Shown: positions 54,401 through 64,000 of the stretch, one piece after another
Position numbering within the stretch: position 1 is the first letter of the stretch
Layout: each line of letters begins with the position of its first letter
Assembly: GCA_051294905.1 (NCBI GenBank)
Contig: CM119372.1
Span: forward strand, 22,816,001-22,880,000
DNA from: Botryllus schlosseri
Taxonomy: Eukaryota
DNA: 64,000 bases
Direction: 5' to 3'
Notes under the pieces: model-generated
Databases searched by the model: none
What the model saw: the letters and a program-made list of their open reading frames with translations, nothing else
What the model was told of the DNA's origin: nothing
Program-made: the position numbers and the translations under genes

Positions 54401-57400
54401 CACAACCTCGCCATAGCATAAACTACTTCGACAGAAAATATATTGATGATTAATCAAGGTTGCGTTATCTGCTGTCGACCTCTCACAAGAGTTATATATC
54501 GCAATCATTGAAAATAAACAACGAACACGAACAATGTAGGCCTATACTGCGCACCATATTCATCGGCTAGAATTTTTATCCGGCAGCCACACTGCCACAG
54601 TCCCACTGTTCTGTATCTGACGGATGCCATTCCGTCGTTGAATGCTGGGCAACCAATTTCGATCCATGCCGTTTTAAGTGGTATCACAACAAACGTCTTG
54701 TATAGACACCACGTCCGTATAAAGAGGAATCGGATATATGCTTTCAGATTCCGCGGATAAATTTTGGTAGCTATACAGTGGTGAGTAGGTTATAACACTT
54801 CCGCCAGAGCACGATTCTGGTTGGCCTGTGCTCGCCGCATAAATAACGATTGTAATGTGTAAGTTTGAGATTATACCTAGCTAAATTTATCAACAGTAGG
54901 CCTGTAAGTAACAATGTGAATGAAAAGTTACCAATGTAGAACGTGAACAATGTAGGAAATGACCAAAAATGAAAAACGCAGTATACTTATTTATGGCAAA
55001 CGATCAATCACTAGCTCAATCGAGTTACAATCACTTCTTGCCGCTAAAATTACAATGCGGGTTCAAGTACGACCTGGGACAGGGGCGGTGGTCAAGCCGT
55101 GGCCCGCGGGCCGAATGCGGTCCGCGAGAAGGTTTTGAGTGACCCGCAATGTAATGCTCACAAAATTTAGTTATAATGTCAAAAAAATCAATTATCCAGG
55201 TAATTTATTTTGAACTTTCAAGACCAGCCAAAAATTTGATTAGTCCGACAGCAAACTTAGGGATGATGATGACTAGAATATCAGTTCCGTCGAATAGACT
55301 TATAGCCAGGGGCCGTCCACTTTTTCGTCTATCTTCGTATCTGACCACAAAGTAGAATATTTCGTGGCACATTTAGTTGGCTTGATATTTTTCTTAGCAC
55401 TTCGCGCGGTTTATTGTGACTCGATTTCTTGCTTTTAGTTTTGGTGCCTCACGAAATGATAGACGCATGTTCACTGAAATCTTAGATATTGATATGTCCA
55501 AGCGCCAGCGGTATACAGAGACGACCTACAATATATGCAACTAGAATTATTATTGACCAAATTCATTCATTAACTTAAAAAAATGCGCGCCTGGCGTGGT
55601 TGAACATTTACACAGACTTTTCAGGACATAACTGTAATCGATTTTGATGCGTAGTAATATAAGTCCTATTTTTACCGTTACCTAATCCGGTTCGCTTTTC
55701 ATCGGACGACTTAAAAAGGACATCAACATTCAAGTGGCCCGCGCAATGGTTCGTAAATCTCAGGTGGCCCTTCCGCCGAAAAGGTCGGCCACCCCTGACC
55801 TAGGACCTAGCTAGGACCTAAGCCTAAGGCTTTAAAAGCCTAGGACGAATTCGAGCCACGCTAAAAGTCGGCAACTCAAGAATCGTAATCAAGATTATCG
55901 TCCAAGTGTAAAATTACCGAAGTATATAGTCGAAGTCGAAGCATCATGGGTATTAAAACAACAACAAACAAAACAGCACTGACTTTCATCGACGAATTCG
56001 ATTCCGTGCGTTTCGCCTTCTCCTTCGACGATTGCGTTTTATTGAGAGCCACCGCTTCCGCACCTTGCGAGTCTTTCGCGACCAAGTTCTTGACGGAGAT
56101 GCGCAATTTGCGCAAAGACTTTCTGCTGCCTCTGCGATAGGCAATGTACAGTCCGTCGCTGGTGTCGTTCTCGTCGTCGCAGGCGTGAGCGTCTGGCAAA
56201 ACGGAACGACGAAATCAGACTATCGCGCCGCTAGAACAAGCTGTAGCAATAATGCTCTGCGACGCGGTACCTAACACCCATGACTTTCGACTGAGCACAG
56301 ATCAGGAAGTAGTGACGCGTTTTTCTGTTTCCGATCGAGACAGGTTCAGGCTCAATTTAATAAAAATGGCGGGAGTCGGATCAGTCTAGCATTCACCACA
56401 TTTTAACTTCACACAACGAAATTCTACTTTTTTGAAGTGCTGAAGTGGGATTAGTCTACTCTACTTGCACTAGTTATCCTGGGCTTTGGAGCAGCCGTAA
56501 ATGTTGAATTGCTCCAGCTCCTGCTCCAGAGCTTACTTCTATCATAGAATAGCTCCGGCTCCAGCTCCGGCTCCGGCTCTGAAAACTATCGAATAGGTCT
56601 GTCTATATCAGGGGTGGCCAACCCGCGGGCCACATAAGATTTTGAGTGGCCCGTGAGGTCATTTCCTAAATTTGTTATATTATCGAAAATGAATTGCTCA
56701 GACTGTGAACTTGTAAGGACAACCAAAAATCTGATTAGTCTGGCAGATCCAGGGCCCCGTCACATTTTTAGTAAATCGTCGTACATTACAATAAACCAAA
56801 ATACGCTTTGCGTGTTTAATTGTCAAACGATTTCTTGCGTGGTAGCCTACCCTCTCCTGAAAAATGAAAAAAACGCATAGTTTTCCCGATTGAATCTAAC
56901 TATATTCGCAATTTCGAGAGGAAGTCTTTTCGCGTTTGCGCTCGCAGAAGGATCGTCGGCGATGAAATGTAGGCACACAATGACTGTCGCGAAATCGCGG
57001 AAACCTTTGATATCGATATGACCAGATGCCGAATAGTCCTGTCCTTGCAAACTGAGCCCAGCAGGTGGTACACAGTAGACCCGCAATATACTAAAGTAAT
57101 GATATTATTGACCAGGTTCATCTATAAACTTTCAAAATTCTACGCACTTGGCGCGGCTAGTGGACCGCGCACTCGTTCGTCAATTGCATGTGACCCTTCA
57201 GCCAAAAAGTTTGATCACCCCTGGTTTATATAGATTACTAATCTATACCGTAAGTTAGTTATCTATAGTAATCTGGAGTCTGCCAGCCGTTAGTAACATC
57301 GGATGCAGCCACAAAGACATAGGTGCCGCTGTGTCATAATGAATACTTGTCAATTGTCGATAACATCATACTTGCACTAGAACGCACTTTACTCCATGCC

Positions 57401-60400
57401 ATTGCTGTGTGCAGCATTAAAATTCTGATGCGGCGTTTTAACACTGTCACTGCACTCGTTAACATTAAGCCAAACAGCTGCATTCAATCTTTAAATGTGC
57501 GATTTTTATTCAATTGTAACTGCAGTAATATGGGCGCATATCAATAGGAATCCAAATTGTAGCCAATGGTTTGACGTTCGATATTGGAGCACTCGTTATG
57601 TGAAATCAGCAGATATGGTTGTTGCATATATAATAGCATCTTATGAAATACGTCGGAGCCGGAGCTACTCCTCAAATAAATGGCTCCAGCGCCGGATCCG
57701 GCTGAATTTTATGTAATGCTCCGGCTCCGGCTCCAGCTCCGGTGAAAATGCACGGCTCCGGGGCTCCGGCTCCTTGCTCCGGCTTCGGCTCCAAAGCCCT
57801 ACTTATATACGAAGCGGTTTCGTATATAGACTACTGCCAGAGTGCCACTTCTACTTGAACAGGTTTTAGACGAAAAAGTCACTTTTTACGATTTGGATTT
57901 TGAAAAGTAGAAAACAGTTTTGGGACAAGTTTTATAAGCGTGAAATAGTCTCACCCACAGTGTGGCTCGATTCATATTTTGAAGCTTGCACTTACTTGTA
58001 GTTTCATTAATCATTTTTTTAGTCACAAATATATATGTTGTGGAATTGATAGTAGTTAATGCGCAAGAATCAAGAGTAAAGGACTAAATCCCTATGAAAA
58101 TCCACAGACTAGTCCCTCAATTTTGAATCTACAAGGGATAGTGATCCCCGGCCGCAAATATACTGAATATGATGACAATATTGGGCCGGATAAATAGACC
58201 TACACCGTCCTCAGATAATATTCGACATATACTTGCGATGTAAGCCATAGCAAGGTCTCACAATACGAAGAGATCTAATTGGGCATGATACTTGCCATCA
58301 AGATTACTTCCAGATGTAAATTATTCAGCAAAACCCTGCTCCAAGTGATACAATCTGTATTTACCGGACGGGGTGTGAATGGTCTTGACTTTGAATTCTC
58401 TCCATATTTGACAGCTCACTCTTGTGTACGCAACGGTCATCAAAATGCCAGGAATGCAAAATAGTGCCAGAAGTAGGAATAAGTACCTGAAAAAGTTTTG
58501 TCGTCAAGGCAATGGGTGGAGCCGAAATATCTGAAACTATAAAGCAAGCATGCTGTAGCCTACGTATCGACCAGACAATTGCGTTGAATCAGGCCATAAG
58601 TCGATTTAAACTCGGAAGCAACTGAAAGCACTTTTCGATATAGATCAGAAATAATTACCATGCTCGTTTTGCTTGTTGATTCGGAAATACAAGTCTGCAT
58701 ACATCCGTACACCAACCGTAGTCGATCAATGGAACGGTATAAGTGTCACTCATGATCGCGTAAGGCAGGCTTAAAACATAGCTGAATATCCAAATCCCGA
58801 TAATGACCTGCAGAATTGGATACGAAATAGCCATGGAGAGTAGAGGAGGAATCTTTTTTGTTGTCTATCCTTAATGATACTTCCCGTTTGCCGATAAATA
58901 TGCTCCGGGTTCTCGCTCATTGAGTGGTGGATTGAAAAATTCCTTGAAACATAACGAAGAGAGTCCACAGGACGTTTCACTTCAATCTATCTCAATTTTT
59001 GCTGCATTTTCATAACATACCGTGTACCGAAGACGTCTGTATTAACTAATTTGTCATTTTGTAATTTCACACGCGTGAAATATCGATCAGTCCAGCACCA
59101 GCATTTGAAGATTTAAGTAATGTAACCATTTCATCGATCGCATATTATGTTTGTAGAATTCGACTTGGTGCTTTAAAATGTCCATACGTGTATGTAAAAT
59201 AACCCGACAACAGTTATATGTTACGAAAACACTATAATTAAGGGGCTTCGAACTCATTTCGATCGCGGGCCACATCAAACTATTTACACATTCCGGACGC
59301 TTACCCTATACGCATGTTCAACAGTCTGCCACGTTCTCGATTTTAGTGGTCTACAAATCGCGTAGTACCTTTCCACTGATATCGCCAGCATAGTAAAGGT
59401 TGAAATGCATACTGAAGCTCCTGGAGAAAATCATAATTTCAGGGCCTTACCGAGGATGTAAATGCAATAATTTTAGTACTCAAGTAGCCTATATGTAGGT
59501 CTAAGTAGCGATTTTCAAAACATGCCAACACTTGTTATGGTATAAATAAAATACAAATATAAAATATATGAGAAGGACTGAAGTAAGTCATTTGAAGAAG
59601 TAGTATGGCACGAGACGTTGCACACATTTGTTAGTCAGATTCAGGGGTCAATTTTCAAATACCGTAAGCTCCGTCTTCCCGATAAATACAAAATCACTAA
59701 TGGAGATCGTAACAGGTGCGATTCGAAATTATGATCTGGCTGTATCGCTCAGTTGTCATGGCCATGTCACCCATCAAAACGATGCGAATTCATATACCTA
59801 CGATTTCCGATTTGACACTATTTAAAACATACAAAAAGTAGTTTGTCAAAAAATCTGTTAATGCAGATTTGGATGCAAACGGTCTAAATTGTAAGCACTG
59901 AGATAAGCGTAGTGGGAGTATATCCTAGCCAACCTGAGTACTTGGCAGGAGTAGAAGAAGTACTTGGTTACTGACCAAATCTTATTGATTAGCACAAAAG
60001 ATTCAGCTTGCCATTTAGAGCTCTCAATTCCGACTGAAAATCATCTAAACAAGCCCGTATATTTTGTATAATGTACACAATACATGTCGATCAACCCCGT
60101 CCGCACTGAATATATGCATGCCCTCCTCATTTGGAATTTCCTAATATCATCGAGAATGGAGCGAGTACAATATGTATCTTGCTAACTGGTCGATAGTTAT
60201 GATAGGAGACTTTTTATTTTAGAATAGATAAATTTTACAATAAATAAATCCACACACTTACCCATTAAAAGTGGCATTACTTTGCACATAACCCGTCCAA
60301 ATATGTACCTCTTCAATATCCGACCAGTAAGAGTTATCGGCATGCATATGATGGCCAGCATGAGGTCGCTAATTGACAAACTCAACAGAAAACAACTGGC

Positions 60401-60510
60401 AACTGTCCTCATCCGATTGTTTACGAGAAGGGTAATGATCGCCAGAATGTTTCCCCCCACAGCAAGAAGGAGGACAACGGAGTAAAGGATTAGATTTGGT
60501 ATTTCTTGGG
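51490..60510 (-). CDS. Cholecystokinin/gastrin-type neuropeptide GPCR (CCKAR/CCKBR-like); first coding exon unresolved
   Basis: Minus-strand exons 60510-60262 (TM1-3: GGNILAIITLLVNNRMRTVASCFLLSLSISDLMLAIICMP), 59420-59305 (AISVERYYAICRPLKSRTWQT), 58807-58659 (TM4, ECL2 DVCRLVFP), 58486-58365 (TM5 FCIPGILMTVAY), 56192-55984 (ICL3), 54246-54100 (AKKKVVRMLIVIV), 51811-51704 (FFVCWTPLFIVNVWKAFD), 51642-51490 (STCVNPLVYCFMNKRFR...*). All GT-AG with matching phases. Confidence 0.93.
52625..52715 (+). repeat. Short left-end fragment of the CAGGGCCGTAAC family
   Basis: CAGGGCCGTAACTGCCGCACCCCAGACCCCCCAATTG...GAATTAGCATAA matches 16187-16275 and 36271-36358. Confidence 0.75.
53301..53381 (-). pseudogene. 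Degenerate tRNA-like sequence (tRNA pseudogene or SINE head)
   Basis: Minus strand has an A-box-like TGGCGAGATAG and a B box GGGTTCGAGTCC, with a 3' CGAGGTC acceptor-like arm. Stems are poorly paired and no anticodon is assignable. Confidence 0.3.
55080..55797. mobile_element. CAGGGG-type (Buster-like) MITE in a GPCR intron
   Basis: Ends CAGGGGCGGTGGTCAAG / GGTCGGCCACCCCTG; TSD ACCTGGGA / ACCTAGGA. Internal GGCCCGCGGGCC motif. Confidence 0.78.
56479..57801. mobile_element. GGCTCC-repeat-rich element
   Basis: Ends (C)TGGGCTTTGGAGC / GCTCCAAAGCCCTA. Arrays of GGCTCC/AGCTCC at 56510-56580 and 57655-57795. TSD not clear. Confidence 0.58.
56609..57223. mobile_element. CAGGGG-type MITE nested in 56479-57801
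   Basis: Ends CAGGGGTGGCCAAC / TTTGATCACCCCTG; TSD GTCTATAT / GTTTATAT. Confidence 0.8.
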
Positions 60511-61745
60511 CTGTAAAGAGAACTTTGATTATAATATATATTGTACTGAATCAATGTGAAACACCGATGTCCCCTTGTCCCATACATTGGTTCAGGTCCA
60601 TTAGAAACAGTTACCACAAACATTGATCCAACTAATTTACTCTTAAAAGCTTGCAACATTGGTATGTGGACGCTCGACAGCTTCAGTAGCCCATAGGACC
60701 TGCAGTCCGCACAATGACCGCTCGGATAGAGAATCAATAATTCCGAAACACCGGAAACCCGAATGGACCCTGAGTGAATACCTAAAGCTTACTTATGACA
60801 CTTGAATGGGCGCTGCGTCCAAGACGCGTAGCAGAGCAGCTCGTTTTTGATGTCTCCAGCGGAAAAGACAAAGATCACTGTGATGCTCGAGTGAAATGCT
60901 GGTATTGTGTTACAACCAGGCATCCCACATATTAAATTCCAAATTAATTTGCATCAATTCCTTGCGTGTTACTATAGAATTACGAATAATTAAGAACATA
61001 ATTTTTTCCATTTCGTGATCGTGATCGTATCTAAAAACAAACGAAATAAACGGATACATCCATACCATACCCATTTGATAAGTAAAATGTGCAATTGTGC
61101 ATATGCTAATTTTGCCTTGCTACAACTGGTAACGATTATATAGATGGCTTTAAGGACTTTGACATAAAAAAATAATAGTAATTTATTGAATATATATAAA
61201 CACCTCAGTCCTCAGGTATCATTTATACTTGCATTCGTTATGTACGCACAATCTACTAGATGTATTTCAAGGTATTACACAGCATCTGTGATCGGTTGTG
61301 GATGTAATGCGTCATGCCAAAGATAACTAGTACAGGAAGCATATGATATGAATCAGGTATGTCGTTCTACTAGCGAATTCTGAGCAACACACCGACGCAC
61401 AATAACATCGTCGGTGAAATCATAATTATGATTAAGGCTGACAACTCTCATGCTATGCGTCTGAATTCTATCATTGAATGTGGATCACATCGCTAAACTT
61501 GAAGTAGCGATGTTCAATCCCAATCGATTTGCGGTGGGGTTTACCATCACAGATGCCACGATGCACTCTCCCAATATCCACGCCCACTCTATTAATGAAA
61601 TGTGAAGGAATTGAAATGGCAGAGAAGACACGTTCATGGTGCTGGTGTTTGAAGAATAAGTCTGGAGTGGTTTTCCACAACCAAATTCATATTCCTAAAG
61701 AATGTGCCAAATTTATTATATTGCACCCATCGCTGACGAATGTGG

Positions 61746-61818
61746 GTCTCCGTAGCGCAATGGATAGCGCGCTGGACTTCTAATCCAGAGGTTCCGGGTT
61801 CGAGTCCCGGCGGAGATG
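61746..61818 (+). tRNA. tRNA-Arg (anticodon TCT), intronless, copy 1
   Basis: 73-nt cloverleaf: acceptor GTCTCCG/CGGAGAT, D stem GCGC/GCGC, anticodon stem CTGGA/TCCAG with loop CTTCTAA, T stem CCGGG/CCCGG with loop TTCGAGT. T-run shortly downstream. Confidence 0.97.
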
Positions 61819-62002
61819 CTTATTTTGGAATGCACTTCAGATCTGTGACTCTTCTATTGCGAGACTGTGCGACTGCAATTTGCGATCGATAACAGTCATG
61901 GGTCAGTATCGGGTCAAAGGTAGAAGAGAGAGAGAAAGGAGATAAAGGATGATTCATCACATAAGCCTGGAGAGGAACTGGAATTAGTCTACTAAGTTTA
62001 AT

Positions 62003-62264
62003 TAGAGGTGGTCAGTAACGAAGTACTTCTACTTTTTGAAGTACTTGAAGTATATGTTGCCTACTCACACTACTTTTCAAGTAGTTATGATTTTAGACTA
62101 CTTCTACTTCTACTTGACAGTTTTCAGTTTTGTAGGCAAAAATAAGCGTAGAAGACCTACTTACTTACTTGTGAACCACCACTTCTACTTCTACTTGAGT
62201 GGAAATACCGGCGTTACTTCTACTTCTACTCGAGTAGCGGCGGTGACTACTTTGACCACCTCTG
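62003..62264. mobile_element. AGAGGTGGTCA-family MITE between the two tRNA genes
   Basis: TIR TAGAGGTGGTCA / TGACCACCTCTG. Perfect 8-bp TSD AGTTTAAT. CTACTT-rich interior. Confidence 0.9.
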
Positions 62265-62781
62265 AGTTTAATAAATTGGATAACTCAATGGTTTTTAACC
62301 TTTTTGCTGATCGCGTATAACCTGGCACGATTTCTTTCATTGCGTACCACAGAGTCTTTGAAAGACCCAAGTTTGGACGAATTCTCTATTTCTCAGCAAA
62401 TGACTCTTTGCAGTTTGCACTATAGTGATTTCATCCACCCCGCTTCGCTAATACATTCGCTACGCCGGACGGAAGAAGAACGCCATTGACGATGCAGTGT
62501 AGTGAATCTCTAACGTTGGTACAATGAAATAACTTAACAACTGTGACAGAAAAGTTTGCGAGTACAGCTATTGAGCCGAACTGCCGGCGTAAAAGGGAAA
62601 TATGCATATGTTACGCCTGAAGTATTTTCAGGACCTCGCTATAACAACATAATCGATTCGATCGTCAACCTATACACAACTAAGTGACGGGTTAGATATC
62701 TATAGTCAAGCAACGCGATCTGGTGCGTCATTCATGTTTGGTGGTTTAAAGTATGGGATGTGCCTCCACGGGCAAATGTGG

Positions 62782-62854
62782 GTCTCCGTAGCGCAATGGA
62801 TAGCGCGCTGGACTTCTAATCCAGAGGTTCCGGGTTCGAGTCCCGGCGGAGATG
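62782..62854 (+). tRNA. tRNA-Arg (anticodon TCT), intronless, copy 2
   Basis: Identical in sequence to 61746-61818; TTTTT terminator downstream. Confidence 0.97.
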
Positions 62855-64000
62855 ATCGTTGCCTATTTTTGGGCACTGGCGACGACATTGTTCATTTATG
62901 TGGGCTCTTCAGAGAATTATTTCGATGATTCTTGCAATTGAAATTGAGATTTGATATCATACAATCGTACAAATTTCACTCGAGGCGAACCTTCTATTAC
63001 GCTAACTTAGCATTCAAGAGTTTGAACATGGTACTGGTAAAAATGTGTTACCCTATAGTGAAAATATTGAAAATATGGACAGGCAGTGAAATTTTTCAAA
63101 TAATCACGTGACGCCGCCAGTGTCTATTGTGCCGCGATTAAAGCGAATGAAATAATATTTCTCGAGTCAGAAATTGCAGGGGAAGTCGCGTCGTTAACTC
63201 TCTGACTGCTTCACTGGTGGTGCAGTACTGCGCCATAGCACGAAAGCAAATAACATAAGATACGAGAAACGCATGTGCTACATATTGCTATAGGTATAGA
63301 TCATCCATGCGGAGAAACGAAAAAGGACACTCGCAAAATTATTCAGAATCATCGAATCCAGCACAGTTATTGAATAATAATAATCACCTGCTGCTTTTAG
63401 GCTAGCGTGACGATCATTCAATACTTCTGCATATGTACAACTGTACATGTTTAATTCACAGGCAATGACGTTGCTAATTTGGAATGGCGCATGGCATGCT
63501 TTTCAACTTCCTTCCTTCAACTATTTCACTTCAATCAACTTCGATGTATTTGATCAATGATGAAGGTCCCACGGGAACGAATGCGTCTGACATTCCAATA
63601 TACACGCTGCATTAAACTGAATATCTTGCCGGATTACGTTGTGGTATGTTGGACTTATAATACACTCTCAAGGTAACGTAGCGTGTTCATTGATTAGCAT
63701 TGAGTGGTATGCGGATTACAATGAATGCCGAATGTAATAGTAAATCATATCAGCACGAAAGATATCTATAGATTTTAGGCTATTTACCAATACGGTTAGT
63801 CATTTCACTGCTAGAATGCCTCCACGTAAACTCAATTTTAATTATGTGCATACGCAAGAATGTAACTAACCAAACTTGAATTTGATGACTTGTAAAAACA
63901 GGCGGATTATGACATGAAAATAATCCGGCATCGGCTTTTACATTTTGACACTCGGGGATAGTATATCCGAGCGCCGCCAAATTTGGGATCAATAAGCAAA

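Noticed and set aside
60586-60601. MDLNQ micro-exon as GPCR exon 1 (would create an N-Q-S sequon via a 75-nt intron)
   Set aside because: Phase-compatible but gives an unusually short N-terminus and cannot be distinguished from other candidates without 5' RACE.

Overview
Eukaryotic (invertebrate animal) genomic DNA. Minimal introns of about 56-75 nt and shifted intron positions are consistent with an ascidian/tunicate or other deuterostome, but this is inference. Genes in order: the 3' half of an ABCC1/MRP1-type ABC transporter (+, to 14718); intronless DNAJC9 (+); intronless AVEN-like (-); two tandem intronless glucocerebrosidases (GH30, +); multi-exon CCDC15-like (+); a 3-exon SH3BGR-family gene (+); a cholecystokinin/gastrin-type GPCR (-, 8 exons traced, first exon unresolved); and two identical intronless tRNA-Arg(TCT) genes. 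Introns and intergenic DNA carry many different non-autonomous hAT-type elements with 8-bp target-site duplications (several nested), plus decayed hAT-like and THAP/P-element transposase remnants. The most striking observation is in ABCC1: the segment encoding TM13-TM15 of the second membrane domain is present twice. The two frame-equivalent 311-nt, 104-aa cassettes are each split into two exons by an intron at a different position, forming an apparent mutually exclusive two-exon switch. Exon coordinates were derived by hand from reading frame and splice signals; none are confirmed by transcript data.
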